A stretch of 32,000 nucleotides of DNA from Candidatus Scalindua sp. (lineage in GTDB: Bacteria > Planctomycetota > Brocadiia > Brocadiales > Scalinduaceae). Below, piece after piece: positions 1 to 9,524 of the stretch. The stretch lies in NCBI GenBank assembly GCA_031316235.1, contig JALDRA010000002.1, positions 60,001-92,000 of the forward strand, in the 5' to 3' direction. A program made the position numbers and the translations under genes. Each line of letters opens with the position of its first letter. The stretch's first letter is position 1. The notes below the pieces were generated by a model. That model was not told the DNA's origin and searched no databases. It saw only the letters and a program-made list of their open reading frames with translations.

Positions 1-1090
1 CAATTGCTTTGTTCAATTCAGCAGTCGATATCCGGGTATTTGCCTGTTCAAAGAGTTCCTGGGCCAGGGCAATGGTCTCGATTACGTTAGATCCATTTAT
101 CGCACTCATAAAAGACAAAGGGGAAAAAGACAATCCAGGCAGACGCGCCTGAACATACTTGGTAAACGTACTCGTCTCAACCTGCCCTGCAAGGTCCCAT
201 TTGTTAATAACCAGAATACAGGGTTTGAATTGTGTTTTAATATAATCACCAATTTTCTTATCCACCTGGGAAATCTTCCGTGGCGCATCTATCAGCAATA
301 TTACAACATCAGCACGGCGAATAGACCTCTCTACCCTCGCCATGCTGTAAAATTCAATGGAACCCTGGATCTGTTTCTTCTTTCTGACTCCGGCGGTATC
401 GATTGCAATAAAAGGCTTTCCCTTAATCTCAAATTTTACATCAATCGAATCACGGGTGGTTCCGAGCGTCTCGCTGACAATCACCCTCTCTTCATGAGCA
501 AGAGTGTTTATCAAGGTAGACTTTCCGGCATTTCTTTTCCCTACTATCGCAATCTTCATTAAGGGTTTTACGGCACTCACATTCGATGCTGCATCAGGGA
601 AGGTTGCAACTATTTTATCCAGGAGATCTGTTTTACCGTGTCCCTCAACTGCAGAAATTGTTAATGATTCTCCCATCCCGAGCTTATAAAAAACACCCGC
701 CTGAAGATCAAATTTTGGTGTATCGCACTTATTAACAACAAGAAGCAGTGGTTTTTTTATCCTTCTAAGTCTTCCTGCAATCTCAACATCCAGTGGTGTG
801 ACTCCTTCACGAACATCAACAACAAAAAGAATAAGATCCGCTTTCTGAAGCGCCAGCTCAATCTGCGTTTCGATCTCGTATGTCAGATCATCTACGTCAT
901 TAACACCGATACCGCCAGTATCAACGAGCTCAAACATTTTTCCATCATGCTCGATTTCTACAGAAACTCTATCTCTCGTAACACCGCTCACAGAATCAAC
1001 TATTGAAATCCGTTTTTTTGCCAGGCAGTTCAGGAGTGAAGATTTCCCTACATTCGGTCTACCAATAATAGTTACGGTTGGGAAAAGCAT
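1..1090 (-). CDS. der: Ribosome-associated GTPase Der/EngA, first ~363 codons (3' end of the gene lies beyond the left edge)
   Basis: The frame is open at the window edge, so it is absent from the ORF track. Reverse-strand translation from ATG (1090-1088) reads MLFPTVTIIGRPNVGKSSLLN...DTGG...VVNKCD. A second GTPase domain follows: KIAIVGKRNAGKSTLIN...DTAG...VINKWD. Tandem G1/G3/G4 motif sets are diagnostic of Der. Confidence 0.9.
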   Translation of the reverse strand, partial: MLFPTVTIIGRPNVGKSSLLNCLAKKRISIVDSVSGVTRDRVSVEIEHDGKMFELVDTGGIGVNDVDDLTYEIETQIELALQKADLILFVVDVREGVTPLDVEIAGRLRRIKKPLLLVVNKCDTPKFDLQAGVFYKLGMGESLTISAVEGHGKTDLLDKIVATFPDAASNVSAVKPLMKIAIVGKRNAGKSTLINTLAHEERVIVSETLGTTRDSIDVKFEIKGKPFIAIDTAGVRKKKQIQGSIEFYSMARVERSIRRADVVILLIDAPRKISQVDKKIGDYIKTQFKPCILVINKWDLAGQVETSTFTKYVQARLPGLSFSPLSFMSAINGSNVIETIALAQELFEQANTRISTAELNKAI

Positions 1091-1281
1091 TGTTTACCAT
1101 TCTCATGAAGTTAAGGCTCATAAATCAGGAACTACAGCTTACCGTCACTGAAGTTGACCAATTTATCGGGGTTGATAAAATTGCAAGGTTTCGTTCAGCT
1201 ATATGGTGCTTGCACGAAAACCCTGTGTTTGAACGAAAACTATATACATAATACAGAAATCCAGGAAAACAAGAGAATATC

Positions 1282-2499
1282 TCAAAAGTTTTTTTGCTCA
1301 TTCCGGGATGGTTCAACAGGCGATGGTGTATCAGACTCTCCGGAAAATCCATTCTGAGAATGCCCTTGTTCGCTTGCCGTTTCTTCTCCTGTTTTCTTAT
1401 CGATTAATGCCCTGTGATTTATTCCCCCTGCTGACTCCTCATAATATACATCACCTGTTTCTGTACCATCGACATCCTTCCTTAAAATGAAGTAAGCAAT
1501 GGTACTGGCCGTTCCGGCAAAGACAACCACAAAACTTCCAACAACTGCCTTAACCAGCGTTAAATAGATAATCAGCATAAACGTGAAGAATTTCAATGAC
1601 CACGTAACGGATCCTGCCATTCCGCCTCTCACCTGAATGGCAGGATCCGCGTTCCCTGAAACCAGAGCCCGTATAGAATCAAATTTCTGCCCCATCCCGA
1701 ATCCTACCGTAGTGAATGAAGTCTGCATGATGAGACATGAAATGCCATTTAAAAAAAATGTAAAGAATACTCCGCAAAAAATAATACAGAGAAACAGAGA
1801 AACAAAATGTTTTGGCCTTGCAAGCACATAACTATACGACCTGCTCATTGCATCAAAACAATCAGAACCTTCAGCGCTTATTGTCGGAAACATAAGAAAA
1901 AAACCAATCAACCCGACAATCCCGATAAAGACAATGAGAACACCTGAAATAATTGCCAGGGGAAACCCCAGAGCAGCAGCAATTTCACCGACATATTTTG
2001 TTTGACCAATAACTCCTCCCATGATATTGCAGACAGAGAAGAACAGCATACCTAAAACAGGGATAATTGGTGACCAGAAGTATGACCAGAACTTTTCCAC
2101 TGCAAATGCAATGGTATTTTTAAACGTTAACTTCTCGCCCATCGCAAACTCCAGAGCTGCTGAACGAGTTATTGAACCGCCTGCCAGAGACCATATTGCC
2201 AGCAATCCCAGGGCTAAAACAGACAGGGCTGCATATTCACCCAATCCTGCATCCATTACTAGATCAGAAAAGCCGGTAATCAGGCTGGAAAAGTCAGGAT
2301 GAAGGGAAAAAAGAAAATTATTCATCAAGCCGGATGCCTTCACGGTAAATAATCCGAGACTATCACAGCTGGTCAGGATTAATACCATCCATACAATACT
2401 CGCAATAATTCCCAAAAAGGCAAAAACTAATCTATTGAAATCAAATGACATTTTTGCACCACGACAAATGTCACGCCAGTCCTGTACAATTCTCTGCAT
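1282..2499 (-). CDS. Polytopic integral membrane protein, function unknown
   Basis: 405-aa ORF with many long hydrophobic segments and a hydrophilic acidic C-terminal tail. It lies on the same strand as der and directly upstream of it. I recognise no family motif. Confidence 0.65.
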   Translation of the reverse strand: MQRIVQDWRDICRGAKMSFDFNRLVFAFLGIIASIVWMVLILTSCDSLGLFTVKASGLMNNFLFSLHPDFSSLITGFSDLVMDAGLGEYAALSVLALGLLAIWSLAGGSITRSAALEFAMGEKLTFKNTIAFAVEKFWSYFWSPIIPVLGMLFFSVCNIMGGVIGQTKYVGEIAAALGFPLAIISGVLIVFIGIVGLIGFFLMFPTISAEGSDCFDAMSRSYSYVLARPKHFVSLFLCIIFCGVFFTFFLNGISCLIMQTSFTTVGFGMGQKFDSIRALVSGNADPAIQVRGGMAGSVTWSLKFFTFMLIIYLTLVKAVVGSFVVVFAGTASTIAYFILRKDVDGTETGDVYYEESAGGINHRALIDKKTGEETASEQGHSQNGFSGESDTPSPVEPSRNEQKNF

Positions 2500-2696
2500 G
2501 TTTTTTACACCCTGCTTTTATTCATCAATTAATTTCGTAACGTATCGTGTTGCATCAGTTTCTTCAATTATTCAAGTAACAGCTGCTCTCGTTTTTGAAC
2601 CATGCACCAGGTAATATATTTCAGGAATGAATTGTTGAAGGTTTGTTACAAGGGAAAGTGTGTTAATAGGCCTTACGTTCTACAAACAATTTCAGG

Positions 2697-2891
2697 TTAT
2701 TGATGTGAAGTTTCCTGTTCACCATCTATTGTATCGCTCCTGAGAGGCTCCTCAATGCCATGTTCCTCGCTCAGCCACAAACCGAAATCCATCAACTGAC
2801 ACCGCTCACTGCAGAAGGGAAATGTGGGAACATCACTGATCGTGTTGTAGATAAGCTCTTTTTCGCAATACCTGCACTTAATCTTTGGCAT
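2697..2891 (-). CDS. yacG: YacG-like zinc-ribbon protein (DNA gyrase inhibitor family)
   Basis: 64 aa. The sequence CRYC...FPFCSERCQLMDFGLWLSEE matches the YacG signature CxxC...PFCSxRCxxxDLGxW followed by an acidic tail. It overlaps the upstream gene by 14 nt. Confidence 0.75.
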   Translation of the reverse strand: MPKIKCRYCEKELIYNTISDVPTFPFCSERCQLMDFGLWLSEEHGIEEPLRSDTIDGEQETSHQ

Positions 2892-3174
2892 CTGCTTTCT
2901 TCTCTTTCGTACTTTCCTTCTCTTTCGTGCCTTTCTTATCTTTATTGTCAGAAGATGGAGTTTCTTCTTTTACCCTTGATTTATATTCCTCGCTCCTGTA
3001 ATCGGTCTGATAAAAGCCGGAGCCCTTGAAGATAATCGTACTCCCAGCCCCAATGAGACGTTCTACTTTCAGCTTCTTGCATACCGGACATTTTCTAATC
3101 GGGTTGTCTTTTATCGATTGAAATAACTCAAATTCATGATCACATGCATTACATCTATAATCATATGTTGGCAT
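2878..3174 (-). CDS. FmdB-family (CxxC_CxxC_SSSS) zinc-ribbon putative regulatory protein
   Basis: The N-terminus MPTYDYRCNACDHEFELFQSIKDNPIRKCPVCK...GSGFY is the canonical FmdB zinc-ribbon motif. The C-terminal tail is Lys/Glu-rich. Confidence 0.8.
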   Translation of the reverse strand: MPTYDYRCNACDHEFELFQSIKDNPIRKCPVCKKLKVERLIGAGSTIIFKGSGFYQTDYRSEEYKSRVKEETPSSDNKDKKGTKEKESTKEKKADAKD

Positions 3175-3197
3175 CTTACTTATCCTTTAAACAAAAT

Positions 3198-3935
3198 TTA
3201 CCAAGAAACTTCATCATCACTTACTTCATCGGTTTCACTTTCAGTTTCATCAACAGTTCTTTTAGACACTTTTACTTTTGAAGGTCTGATTACACGCTCT
3301 TTCAACAAAAAACCCTTCTGAAATTCACCCGTAACGGTGTGATGAGGATGGTCATTATTCTCCTCTTCGACTATCGCTTCATGCAGATTTGGATCAAAAG
3401 GTTTTCCTATGGGTTCTATGGGCGTCACTCCATATTTATCTAATATTTTCAATATTTGAGTCTCTGTCAATCTTACCCCTTCGACAAACTTATCTAAATC
3501 GTCTGAATTCTCCGCGTGCTTCAGGGCTCTTTCGAAATTATCTAATTCCGGAAGGAGATCACAAACAAGTTCTTGAATAGCAAAATCACGGGCAGACTTA
3601 AGATCCTTCTGCATTCTCTTCTGATAGTTTGAAAAATCGGCCCGTGTTCTCAGTAATTGATTCAGAAGAGAATCATGTTCTTCAGCCTTTTGCCGCAACT
3701 CTTCAATTTCATCTTTTGTCAAAACAGGTATCTCTTCATTATCAGGTTCCTCATCATCAGATTGAGGCGCTCTCTCCTCTTCTGATACAGCTTCACCCTG
3801 CTGCGCAGTCATTTCTCCCGATTCCTGCTCTTCCACTTCAGGTACAGGTTGATTGTCTGCTGTCATGCGAGGTTTGGCATTATCATGATCATCCCTCATC
3901 TCTTCTCTATTCTTTTCATTGCTTTTCTTTGACAT
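3198..3935 (-). CDS. grpE: Nucleotide exchange factor GrpE, with long acidic N- and C-terminal extensions
   Basis: 245 aa. The core LLRTRADFSNYQKRMQKD...LLPELDNFERAL...G..F.P..HEA is typical of GrpE. Confidence 0.9.
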   Translation of the reverse strand: MSKKSNEKNREEMRDDHDNAKPRMTADNQPVPEVEEQESGEMTAQQGEAVSEEERAPQSDDEEPDNEEIPVLTKDEIEELRQKAEEHDSLLNQLLRTRADFSNYQKRMQKDLKSARDFAIQELVCDLLPELDNFERALKHAENSDDLDKFVEGVRLTETQILKILDKYGVTPIEPIGKPFDPNLHEAIVEEENNDHPHHTVTGEFQKGFLLKERVIRPSKVKVSKRTVDETESETDEVSDDEVSW

Positions 3936-3963
3936 TACGAAAAATCACCTCCATCACCGTGGT

Positions 3964-4105
3964 TATGCTAAAGGACCGATTTGGTTTTAGATTTTTCTAG
4001 AGAACCAAACTGGATGCAGTTATCCCCCGGGCAAAAAGCGCCGAGGACTTTACTCGCTCAGCTTTTTTCTCTGATTTATCCGAAAATTATTATAAGATGA
4101 GTATA
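3964..4105 (+). repeat. TATAC-element copy A (long form, 5' terminus degenerate), in the dnaJ-grpE intergenic region
   Basis: Aligns over its whole length to copies at 14268, 15601(rc), 22501(rc), 25923 and 30066. Shared blocks are GGTTTTAGATTTTTCTA, TATCCCCCGGGCAAAAAGCGCCGAGGACTTTACTC and ATTATAAGATGAGTATA. Confidence 0.85.
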
Positions 4106-4116
4106 GCTCAGGTTAT

Positions 4117-5244
4117 TTATAGAAAATCCTTTAATTTTTTTAAAAAACCTTTCCGTTTAGGAGTTACATTCTTATGCTCCAGCTCCGAAAATTCTCTCAG
4201 CAACTGTTCCTGCTGAGGGGTCAGCCTTGTTGGTGTTTCAACAATTACGTGTATCAGCAGATTACCTTTCCCGAATCCCCTCACATTGGGAAACCCTTCA
4301 CCTTTGACAGAAATGATATCTCCGCTCTGGGTACCAGCCGGCACTTTCACTTCCATACATTTGCCTGCAACAGTGGGTGCGTCGATATTACAGCCCAATG
4401 CTGCCTGGGTAAACGTAATTGGAAATTCGCAGATTATGTCATTATCCTGTCTTTTAAAAATAGGGTGGGGTCTTACATGTATGTCACAATACAAATCTCC
4501 GGGATGTGCTCCATTCTCACCCGATTCTCCCTGCCCGCTAATCCGCAGCCTGGTTCCATCTTCAATACCAGCCGGCACAGAAACTTTAATTTTAGATTTT
4601 TTGGGATAGAGCCCGTTTCCATGGCATCTGTTGCAGGGTGTTTCAATTATCTTACCGCCACCTTTACACTTGGGGCATGTAGTTCTCAAGGTAAAAAAAC
4701 CCTGCCTCTGATGTATCTCTCCTTTTCCGTTACAATAAGGACAGGTAACCGGAGATGTACCTTTCCGCGCGCCTGTCCCCCTGCACTCCTCGCAGAAACT
4801 TCTCTTGGTAAGCTCTAATGTTTTTTCTGCGCCACTGGCAACCTCAACAAAATCTAACACAATATCACATCGCAGGCTTGCACCGCGTTTAGTAGCTCTT
4901 GTCCTTGATCCGCCACCGAAAAATTCTTCAAAAATACCTCCCCCGCCTCCCCCGCCAAAAATATCTCCAAACGCATCAAATATGTCTTCAAAGTTACCAA
5001 AGCCTCTCGACTCCACACCCCTTAAACCTTCGTGTCCAAACCGATCATACCTTTGCCTCTTTTGCGGGTCACTGAGGACCTCATAAGCCTCAGCAGCTGC
5101 TTTAAACTTATCCTCAGCTGCTTTATCTCCGGGATTCTTATCTGGATGGTATTTTACCGCAAGCCTCCGATAAGAACGCTTGAGCTCTTCCGGAGTCGCT
5201 TCTCTTTTGACTTCAAGGATCACATAATAATCTTCTTTTTTCAT
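4117..5244 (-). CDS. dnaJ: Type I Hsp40 co-chaperone DnaJ
   Basis: J domain with YHPDKNPGD, a Gly/Phe-rich linker, and four CxxCxGxG zinc-finger repeats ([32 protein letters not shown]). Confidence 0.95.
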   Translation of the reverse strand: MKKEDYYVILEVKREATPEELKRSYRRLAVKYHPDKNPGDKAAEDKFKAAAEAYEVLSDPQKRQRYDRFGHEGLRGVESRGFGNFEDIFDAFGDIFGGGGGGGIFEEFFGGGSRTRATKRGASLRCDIVLDFVEVASGAEKTLELTKRSFCEECRGTGARKGTSPVTCPYCNGKGEIHQRQGFFTLRTTCPKCKGGGKIIETPCNRCHGNGLYPKKSKIKVSVPAGIEDGTRLRISGQGESGENGAHPGDLYCDIHVRPHPIFKRQDNDIICEFPITFTQAALGCNIDAPTVAGKCMEVKVPAGTQSGDIISVKGEGFPNVRGFGKGNLLIHVIVETPTRLTPQQEQLLREFSELEHKNVTPKRKGFLKKLKDFL

Positions 5245-5375
5245 GGGAAGGTGAAGGTATGAATTTACAAAAACATGTCAGGTGTTTTCATCCTGTACCG
5301 GCCTGGAAAGAACTTACTAAGTAGGTATAGGAAAACAAGTTAAAACTCACGGTTAACCGCGTATTGTTACTGTCC

Positions 5376-5403
5376 ATAATACCTTTGATATAAAAAATGT
5401 CAA
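5376..5403 (-). promoter_or_regulatory. Candidate sigma70-type promoter for dnaJ
   Basis: The reverse strand reads TTGACA (5403-5398), a 16-nt spacer, then TATTAT (5381-5376). It sits about 130 nt upstream of the dnaJ ATG and downstream of the groEL terminator. Confidence 0.3.
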
Positions 5404-5440
5404 GAAAGTTTTGATCGATTACAAACACTCACTTCACAGA

Positions 5441-5480
5441 AAAACAAAAAGGCCACAGTGAAACGTGGCCTTTTTATAAC
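5441..5480 (-). terminator. Rho-independent terminator after groEL (bidirectional shape)
   Basis: GGCCAC (5451-5456) and GTGGCC (5465-5470) form a stem with an 8-nt loop. The hairpin is flanked by AAAACAAAAA and TTTTTA, so a U-run follows it on either strand. It lies about 100 nt downstream of the groEL stop. Confidence 0.6.
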
Positions 5481-5572
5481 ATGAGAAATCCTCAACATTG
5501 ATGGGTTTTAACAAAAAAAGAGCACAGATCCACCTGGATTCAACCTCCGAATATCGAAAGACAGCCTGAGAA

Positions 5573-7195
5573 CTAACAAACGCTTCCCTCGACATAGTTG
5601 TCTTCATCTTCGCCTTCCTTTAAATCCGTAATCATTACCTCTGTTGTCAACATCAGACCTGCTATGCTTGCCGCATTCTGTAAAGCGGTACGGGTAACCT
5701 TTGCAGGATCTATTATTCCTTTAGCAAACATATCTACATATTCACACGTATTGGCATCAAACCCGATGTTGGCATCTTTTTCCTTCACCTCTTCCACAAC
5801 CACCGGACCATCTTCTCCTGCATTTGACACAATCTGTCGTAATGGTGCCTCAATGGCTTTGGCTATGATGTCTGCACCAATTTTCTCGTCTCCTCTGAGT
5901 TTTTTCCGCAGCTCTTCCAACTTTGGGATTGCCCGTATATATGCAGTTCCTCCACCGACAACAATTCCCTCTTCAACTGCCGCCCTGGTAGCGTGAAGTG
6001 CATCTTCGACCAAGGCCTTTCTCTCATTTACTTCTGCCTCAGTGGCACCTCCGACATTTATTACAGCAACACCACCGGTCAGTTTCGCAAGTCTTTCCTG
6101 AAATTTTTCTTTATCATAGTCAGATGAACTCTGTTCTATTTGATTCTTTATCTGCGAAATTCTCCCCTGCACATCAGCCTTCTTTCCGGCACCCTCAATT
6201 ATCGTAGTGTTGTCCTTGCTGATTACGACTCGCTTTGCAGTTCCGAGGTCACTCAGCTCAAGGCTTTCTAATTTTACCCCGAGGTCTTCTGAAATAAGAC
6301 GTCCTTTGGTAAGTATGGCAATATCCTCGAGCATGGCTTTTCTTCGATCACCGAAACCGGGAGCCTTTACGGCAGCACAGTTTATGACACCACGCAATTT
6401 ATTAACTACTAAAGTAGCCAATGCCTCACCTTCAACCTCCTCTGAAATGATCAGAAGAGATTTGCCCGCTCCCGCTATTTTCTCTAAAAGAGGAAGGAGT
6501 TCCTTCATGCTGGCAATCTTTTTTTCATGAATTAAAATATACGGGTCATCAAAAATAACTTCCATAGTCTGTGCATTGGTCACAAAATACGGAGAAATAA
6601 AGCCCTTGTCAAACTGCATTCCCTCAACAACATCTAATGTCGTTTCTATGCCTTTGGCTTCTTCAACCGTAATAACCCCGTCTTTCCCTACCTTATCCAT
6701 TGCATCAGCCAGGAGATTACCCACCGAGGCATTATTATTGGCAGAAATAGTTCCAACCTGTGCAATATGTGATCTGTCTTTGACCTTCTTGCTGGCATTT
6801 TTTATTGCCTCAACCACTTCAATTACGGCCTTGTCGATACCCCTCTTTAAAGCCATAGGATTTGCGCCGGCAGCAACTGCTTTTGCCCCTACATTAAAAA
6901 TTGCTTCGGCTAAAATAGTTGCCGTTGTTGTGCCATCTCCTGCCACATCACTGGTCTTCGAAGCAACTTCGCACACCATCTTTGCACCCATATTCTCAAA
7001 CGGGTCTATAAGAGTTACCTCTTTTGCAACCGACACACCGTCTTTTGTTACTGTTGGTGATCCAAAACTCTTCTCTAAAATCACATTTCTACCGGTAGGA
7101 CCCATTGTCACCCTAACAGCATCAGCCATTTTCTTAATCCCGTTTCGTATGTTTCTCCGTGCATCTTCACTGAATAAGAGCTGTTTTGCAGCCAT
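5573..7195 (-). CDS. groEL: Chaperonin GroEL paralogue lacking the GGM tail (ends ...[17 protein letters not shown])
   Basis: 540 aa, with canonical Cpn60 sequence along its length ([15 protein letters not shown]...AA.EEGIV.GGG). Confidence 0.95.
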   Translation of the reverse strand: MAAKQLLFSEDARRNIRNGIKKMADAVRVTMGPTGRNVILEKSFGSPTVTKDGVSVAKEVTLIDPFENMGAKMVCEVASKTSDVAGDGTTTATILAEAIFNVGAKAVAAGANPMALKRGIDKAVIEVVEAIKNASKKVKDRSHIAQVGTISANNNASVGNLLADAMDKVGKDGVITVEEAKGIETTLDVVEGMQFDKGFISPYFVTNAQTMEVIFDDPYILIHEKKIASMKELLPLLEKIAGAGKSLLIISEEVEGEALATLVVNKLRGVINCAAVKAPGFGDRRKAMLEDIAILTKGRLISEDLGVKLESLELSDLGTAKRVVISKDNTTIIEGAGKKADVQGRISQIKNQIEQSSSDYDKEKFQERLAKLTGGVAVINVGGATEAEVNERKALVEDALHATRAAVEEGIVVGGGTAYIRAIPKLEELRKKLRGDEKIGADIIAKAIEAPLRQIVSNAGEDGPVVVEEVKEKDANIGFDANTCEYVDMFAKGIIDPAKVTRTALQNAASIAGLMLTTEVMITDLKEGEDEDNYVEGSVC

Positions 7196-7215
7196 AGTAA
7201 AACCTCCTGAATGTA

Positions 7216-7503
7216 TTAGTCAATTTTCGCCAAGATATCGCTTTCCTTAATAATGAGATATTCTTTCCCGTTAACGGTTATTTCTGTTCCTGCGTACTTC
7301 CCATAAAGAACCTGATCTCCCTTTTTAACCAGGAGCGCAGCTCTCTGACCATTATCCAAGAGTTTCCCATCTCCGATGGCTATCACCTTACCTTTTGTAG
7401 GTTTTTCCTTTGCTGAATCAGGCAAAACTATACCACCCTTTGTCTTCTCTTCTGCTTCCAAGGGTTCAACAACCACCCTGTCATCTAAAGGCCTAATCGC
7501 CAT
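7216..7503 (-). CDS. groES: Co-chaperonin GroES
   Basis: 95 aa. The sequence [41 protein letters not shown] is typical Cpn10. It ends 20 nt upstream of the groEL paralogue. Confidence 0.95.
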   Translation of the reverse strand: MAIRPLDDRVVVEPLEAEEKTKGGIVLPDSAKEKPTKGKVIAIGDGKLLDNGQRAALLVKKGDQVLYGKYAGTEITVNGKEYLIIKESDILAKID

Positions 7504-7564
7504 AATAATTTTCTCCTTCTATAAAATAAACATAATAAATAACATGATAAACAGCACTCGTTTT

Positions 7565-9247
7565 TTACATTCCCATGCCCGGCATGCCACCCATGCCGCC
7601 CATGCCGCCCATGCCACCCATGCCGCCTGGAGGCATTCCACCACCCGGAGGCATCATCGGCTCATCCTTACCTGGAACTTCTGTGATCAGGCAATCACAT
7701 GTCAGCAGTATCCCTGCAATACTTAAGGCATTCTGCAGAGCACACCTGGTAACTTTTGCAGGATCTATAACACCAGATTCGTAAAGATTACCATACTCTT
7801 CCTTTTCCGCATCATAACCAAATGCGTCATCTTTAGAGTTCAGAATCTTTCGCATGACCACGGTACCTTCAAGTCCGGCATTTTTAACAATTTGTTTCAA
7901 TGGAGCGCTGAGCGACTTCTTTATTATGTCAACGCCAATCTTTTCATCACCCTTCAGCTTAAGGGTATTCAACACCTCTGATGCCCTTAATAATGCTACA
8001 CCGCCACCAGGCAAAACACCTTCTTCGATTGCAGCACGGGTAGCGTGTAACGCATCCTCTACGCGTGCCTTCTTCTCCTTCATTTCAGTCTCGGTTGTTG
8101 CACCGATATTTATTTGTGCAACCCCGCCTGCCAGCTTTGCCAGCCTTTCCTGCAGCTTTTCTCTGTCATAATCAGAAGTAGTTTCACCTATCTCCATCCT
8201 GATCTGACTGATACGGCTTTTAACAGCATCAGATTTCCCGCCGCCCTGAACTATTATGGTGTTCTCAGAATCTATATTAATCTTCTTCGCTGTCCCAAGA
8301 TCGCTTAACTGTATATTTTCCAGCTGGATACCTAAATCTTTAAATACGGCCTTTGCACCAGTAAGAATTGCTATATCCTCCATCATAGCTTTCCTGCGAT
8401 CGCCATAACCCGGCGCCTTAACAGCAGCACAAGATACCGTTCCCCGAAGGTTGTTGACAACCAGGGTAGCCAATGCTTCCCCCTCAACATCCTCAGACAT
8501 AATCAGAAGCGGCCGCTTGGACTTCGCAATTTTTTCAAGTAAAGGAACAATCCCTTTAATAGTTGAAATCTTTTCCTCATGGATAAGAACATAGGCATCC
8601 TTCAGCTCTACCTTCATATTTTCTTTATCCGTGACAAAGCCTGAAGACAAATATCCACGATCAAACTGCATACCTTCAACTATCTCAACCTCGGTATTGA
8701 GACTCTTGCCCTCTTCAACGGTAATAACACCATCTTTCCCTACCTTGTCCATAGCGTTGGCAATCATCTTACCCGCTTCACTATCATTATTAGCAGCGAT
8801 AGTACCGATGTTGGTAATATCCTTCTGATCTTTAACCGGCTTGCTCATCTGCTTCAACTTTTCCACTACTTTATCCACCGCCACCTTCATCCCTCGGTTA
8901 AGTGCCACAGGGTTGGCACCCGCAGTGATACACTTTAACCCGTTATTAAGAATAGCCTCGGCTAAAATTGTAGCGGTAGTAGTTCCATCTCCGGCAACAT
9001 CACTGGTCTTGGAAGAAACTTCCCTTACCAGCTTTGCTCCCAGATTTTCGTAAGGATCTTTCAACTCTACCTCTTCTGCAACGGTCACCCCATCTTTTGT
9101 TATCGTTGGACTGCCCCATCCTTTATCAAGAACCGCATTCCTCCCCCTCGGACCCAATGTGGTCTTTACTGCACGCGCCAATTTAGAGACACCTCTCTTT
9201 ATTGCCAGCCGTGCGTCTTCGTTAAATGCCAACTGCTTTGCTGCCAT
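7565..9247 (-). CDS. groEL: Chaperonin GroEL with a canonical Gly-Gly-Met C-terminal tail
   Basis: 560 aa of Cpn60 sequence ending in [28 protein letters not shown]. It lies upstream of groES, separated by 61 nt with no terminator seen. Confidence 0.95.
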   Translation of the reverse strand: MAAKQLAFNEDARLAIKRGVSKLARAVKTTLGPRGRNAVLDKGWGSPTITKDGVTVAEEVELKDPYENLGAKLVREVSSKTSDVAGDGTTTATILAEAILNNGLKCITAGANPVALNRGMKVAVDKVVEKLKQMSKPVKDQKDITNIGTIAANNDSEAGKMIANAMDKVGKDGVITVEEGKSLNTEVEIVEGMQFDRGYLSSGFVTDKENMKVELKDAYVLIHEEKISTIKGIVPLLEKIAKSKRPLLIMSEDVEGEALATLVVNNLRGTVSCAAVKAPGYGDRRKAMMEDIAILTGAKAVFKDLGIQLENIQLSDLGTAKKINIDSENTIIVQGGGKSDAVKSRISQIRMEIGETTSDYDREKLQERLAKLAGGVAQINIGATTETEMKEKKARVEDALHATRAAIEEGVLPGGGVALLRASEVLNTLKLKGDEKIGVDIIKKSLSAPLKQIVKNAGLEGTVVMRKILNSKDDAFGYDAEKEEYGNLYESGVIDPAKVTRCALQNALSIAGILLTCDCLITEVPGKDEPMMPPGGGMPPGGMGGMGGMGGMGGMPGMGM

Positions 9248-9297
9248 TGATTTCCTCCTATTAAAATGTTAAGTCTTTTTACTATACTTCGCTATAC

Positions 9298-9314
9298 AAG
9301 CAAATATCTTGCCA
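9298..9314 (-). promoter_or_regulatory. Sigma54-like -24/-12 element upstream of the groEL-groES-groEL cluster
   Basis: The reverse strand reads TGGCAAGATATTTGCTT against the consensus TGGCACG-N4-TTGCW. There is one mismatch, and the GG-N10-GC spacing is correct. The -12 element lies about 50 nt upstream of the groEL ATG at 9247. Confidence 0.3.
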
Positions 9315-9474
9315 CACTGCGCATGCTAATCACTATATACCTGAATATCAATGGCTTACGATACAAAAAGAATAATTATTCTGAAATAATGAGGACTCGC
9401 CTATTTGTAAAATGTCAATGTGGCAGTCACGATTTTGGCAACTTTGGGGAGAGTGTCAATATGACATAGAGCGC

Positions 9475-9498
9475 TTGGTTGATAAATTGGTTGATAAA
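9475..9498. repeat. Perfect tandem 12-mer (TTGGTTGATAAA x2)
   Basis: Read directly from the sequence. It lies between the DtxR-like gene stop and the candidate groEL promoter, about 175 nt upstream of the sigma54-like motif. Confidence 0.6.
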
Positions 9499-9524
9499 AA
9501 AGATACTCTCCCTGGTATCGGTGC

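Noticed and set aside
106-689. ORF-track entries 106..288(-), 230..562(+) and 504..689(+).
   Set aside because: All lie within the der coding region, in other frames or on the other strand. The der frame explains the region.
5598-7250. Long antisense ORFs inside both groEL genes and dnaJ (for example 6576..7250, 5598..5996, 7854..8171 and 4174..4818).
   Set aside because: They lie opposite strongly supported conserved genes, have low-complexity Ser/Pro/Ala-rich translations and no start context. They are typical shadow ORFs.
7568-7625. 9-nt periodic DNA repeat (CATGCCRCC units).
   Set aside because: It is the coding sequence of the GroEL Gly-Gly-Met C-terminal tail read on the opposite strand, not an independent repeat element.
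9248-9524. CIRCE (HrcA operator) or a sigma32 promoter upstream of groEL. TTGGCAACT-N9-GTGTCAATA at 9435-9461 looked vaguely CIRCE-like.
   Set aside because: It has too many mismatches to TTAGCACTC-N9-GAGTGCTAA, and the two arms are poorly complementary. No CCCCAT-type -10 element was seen.
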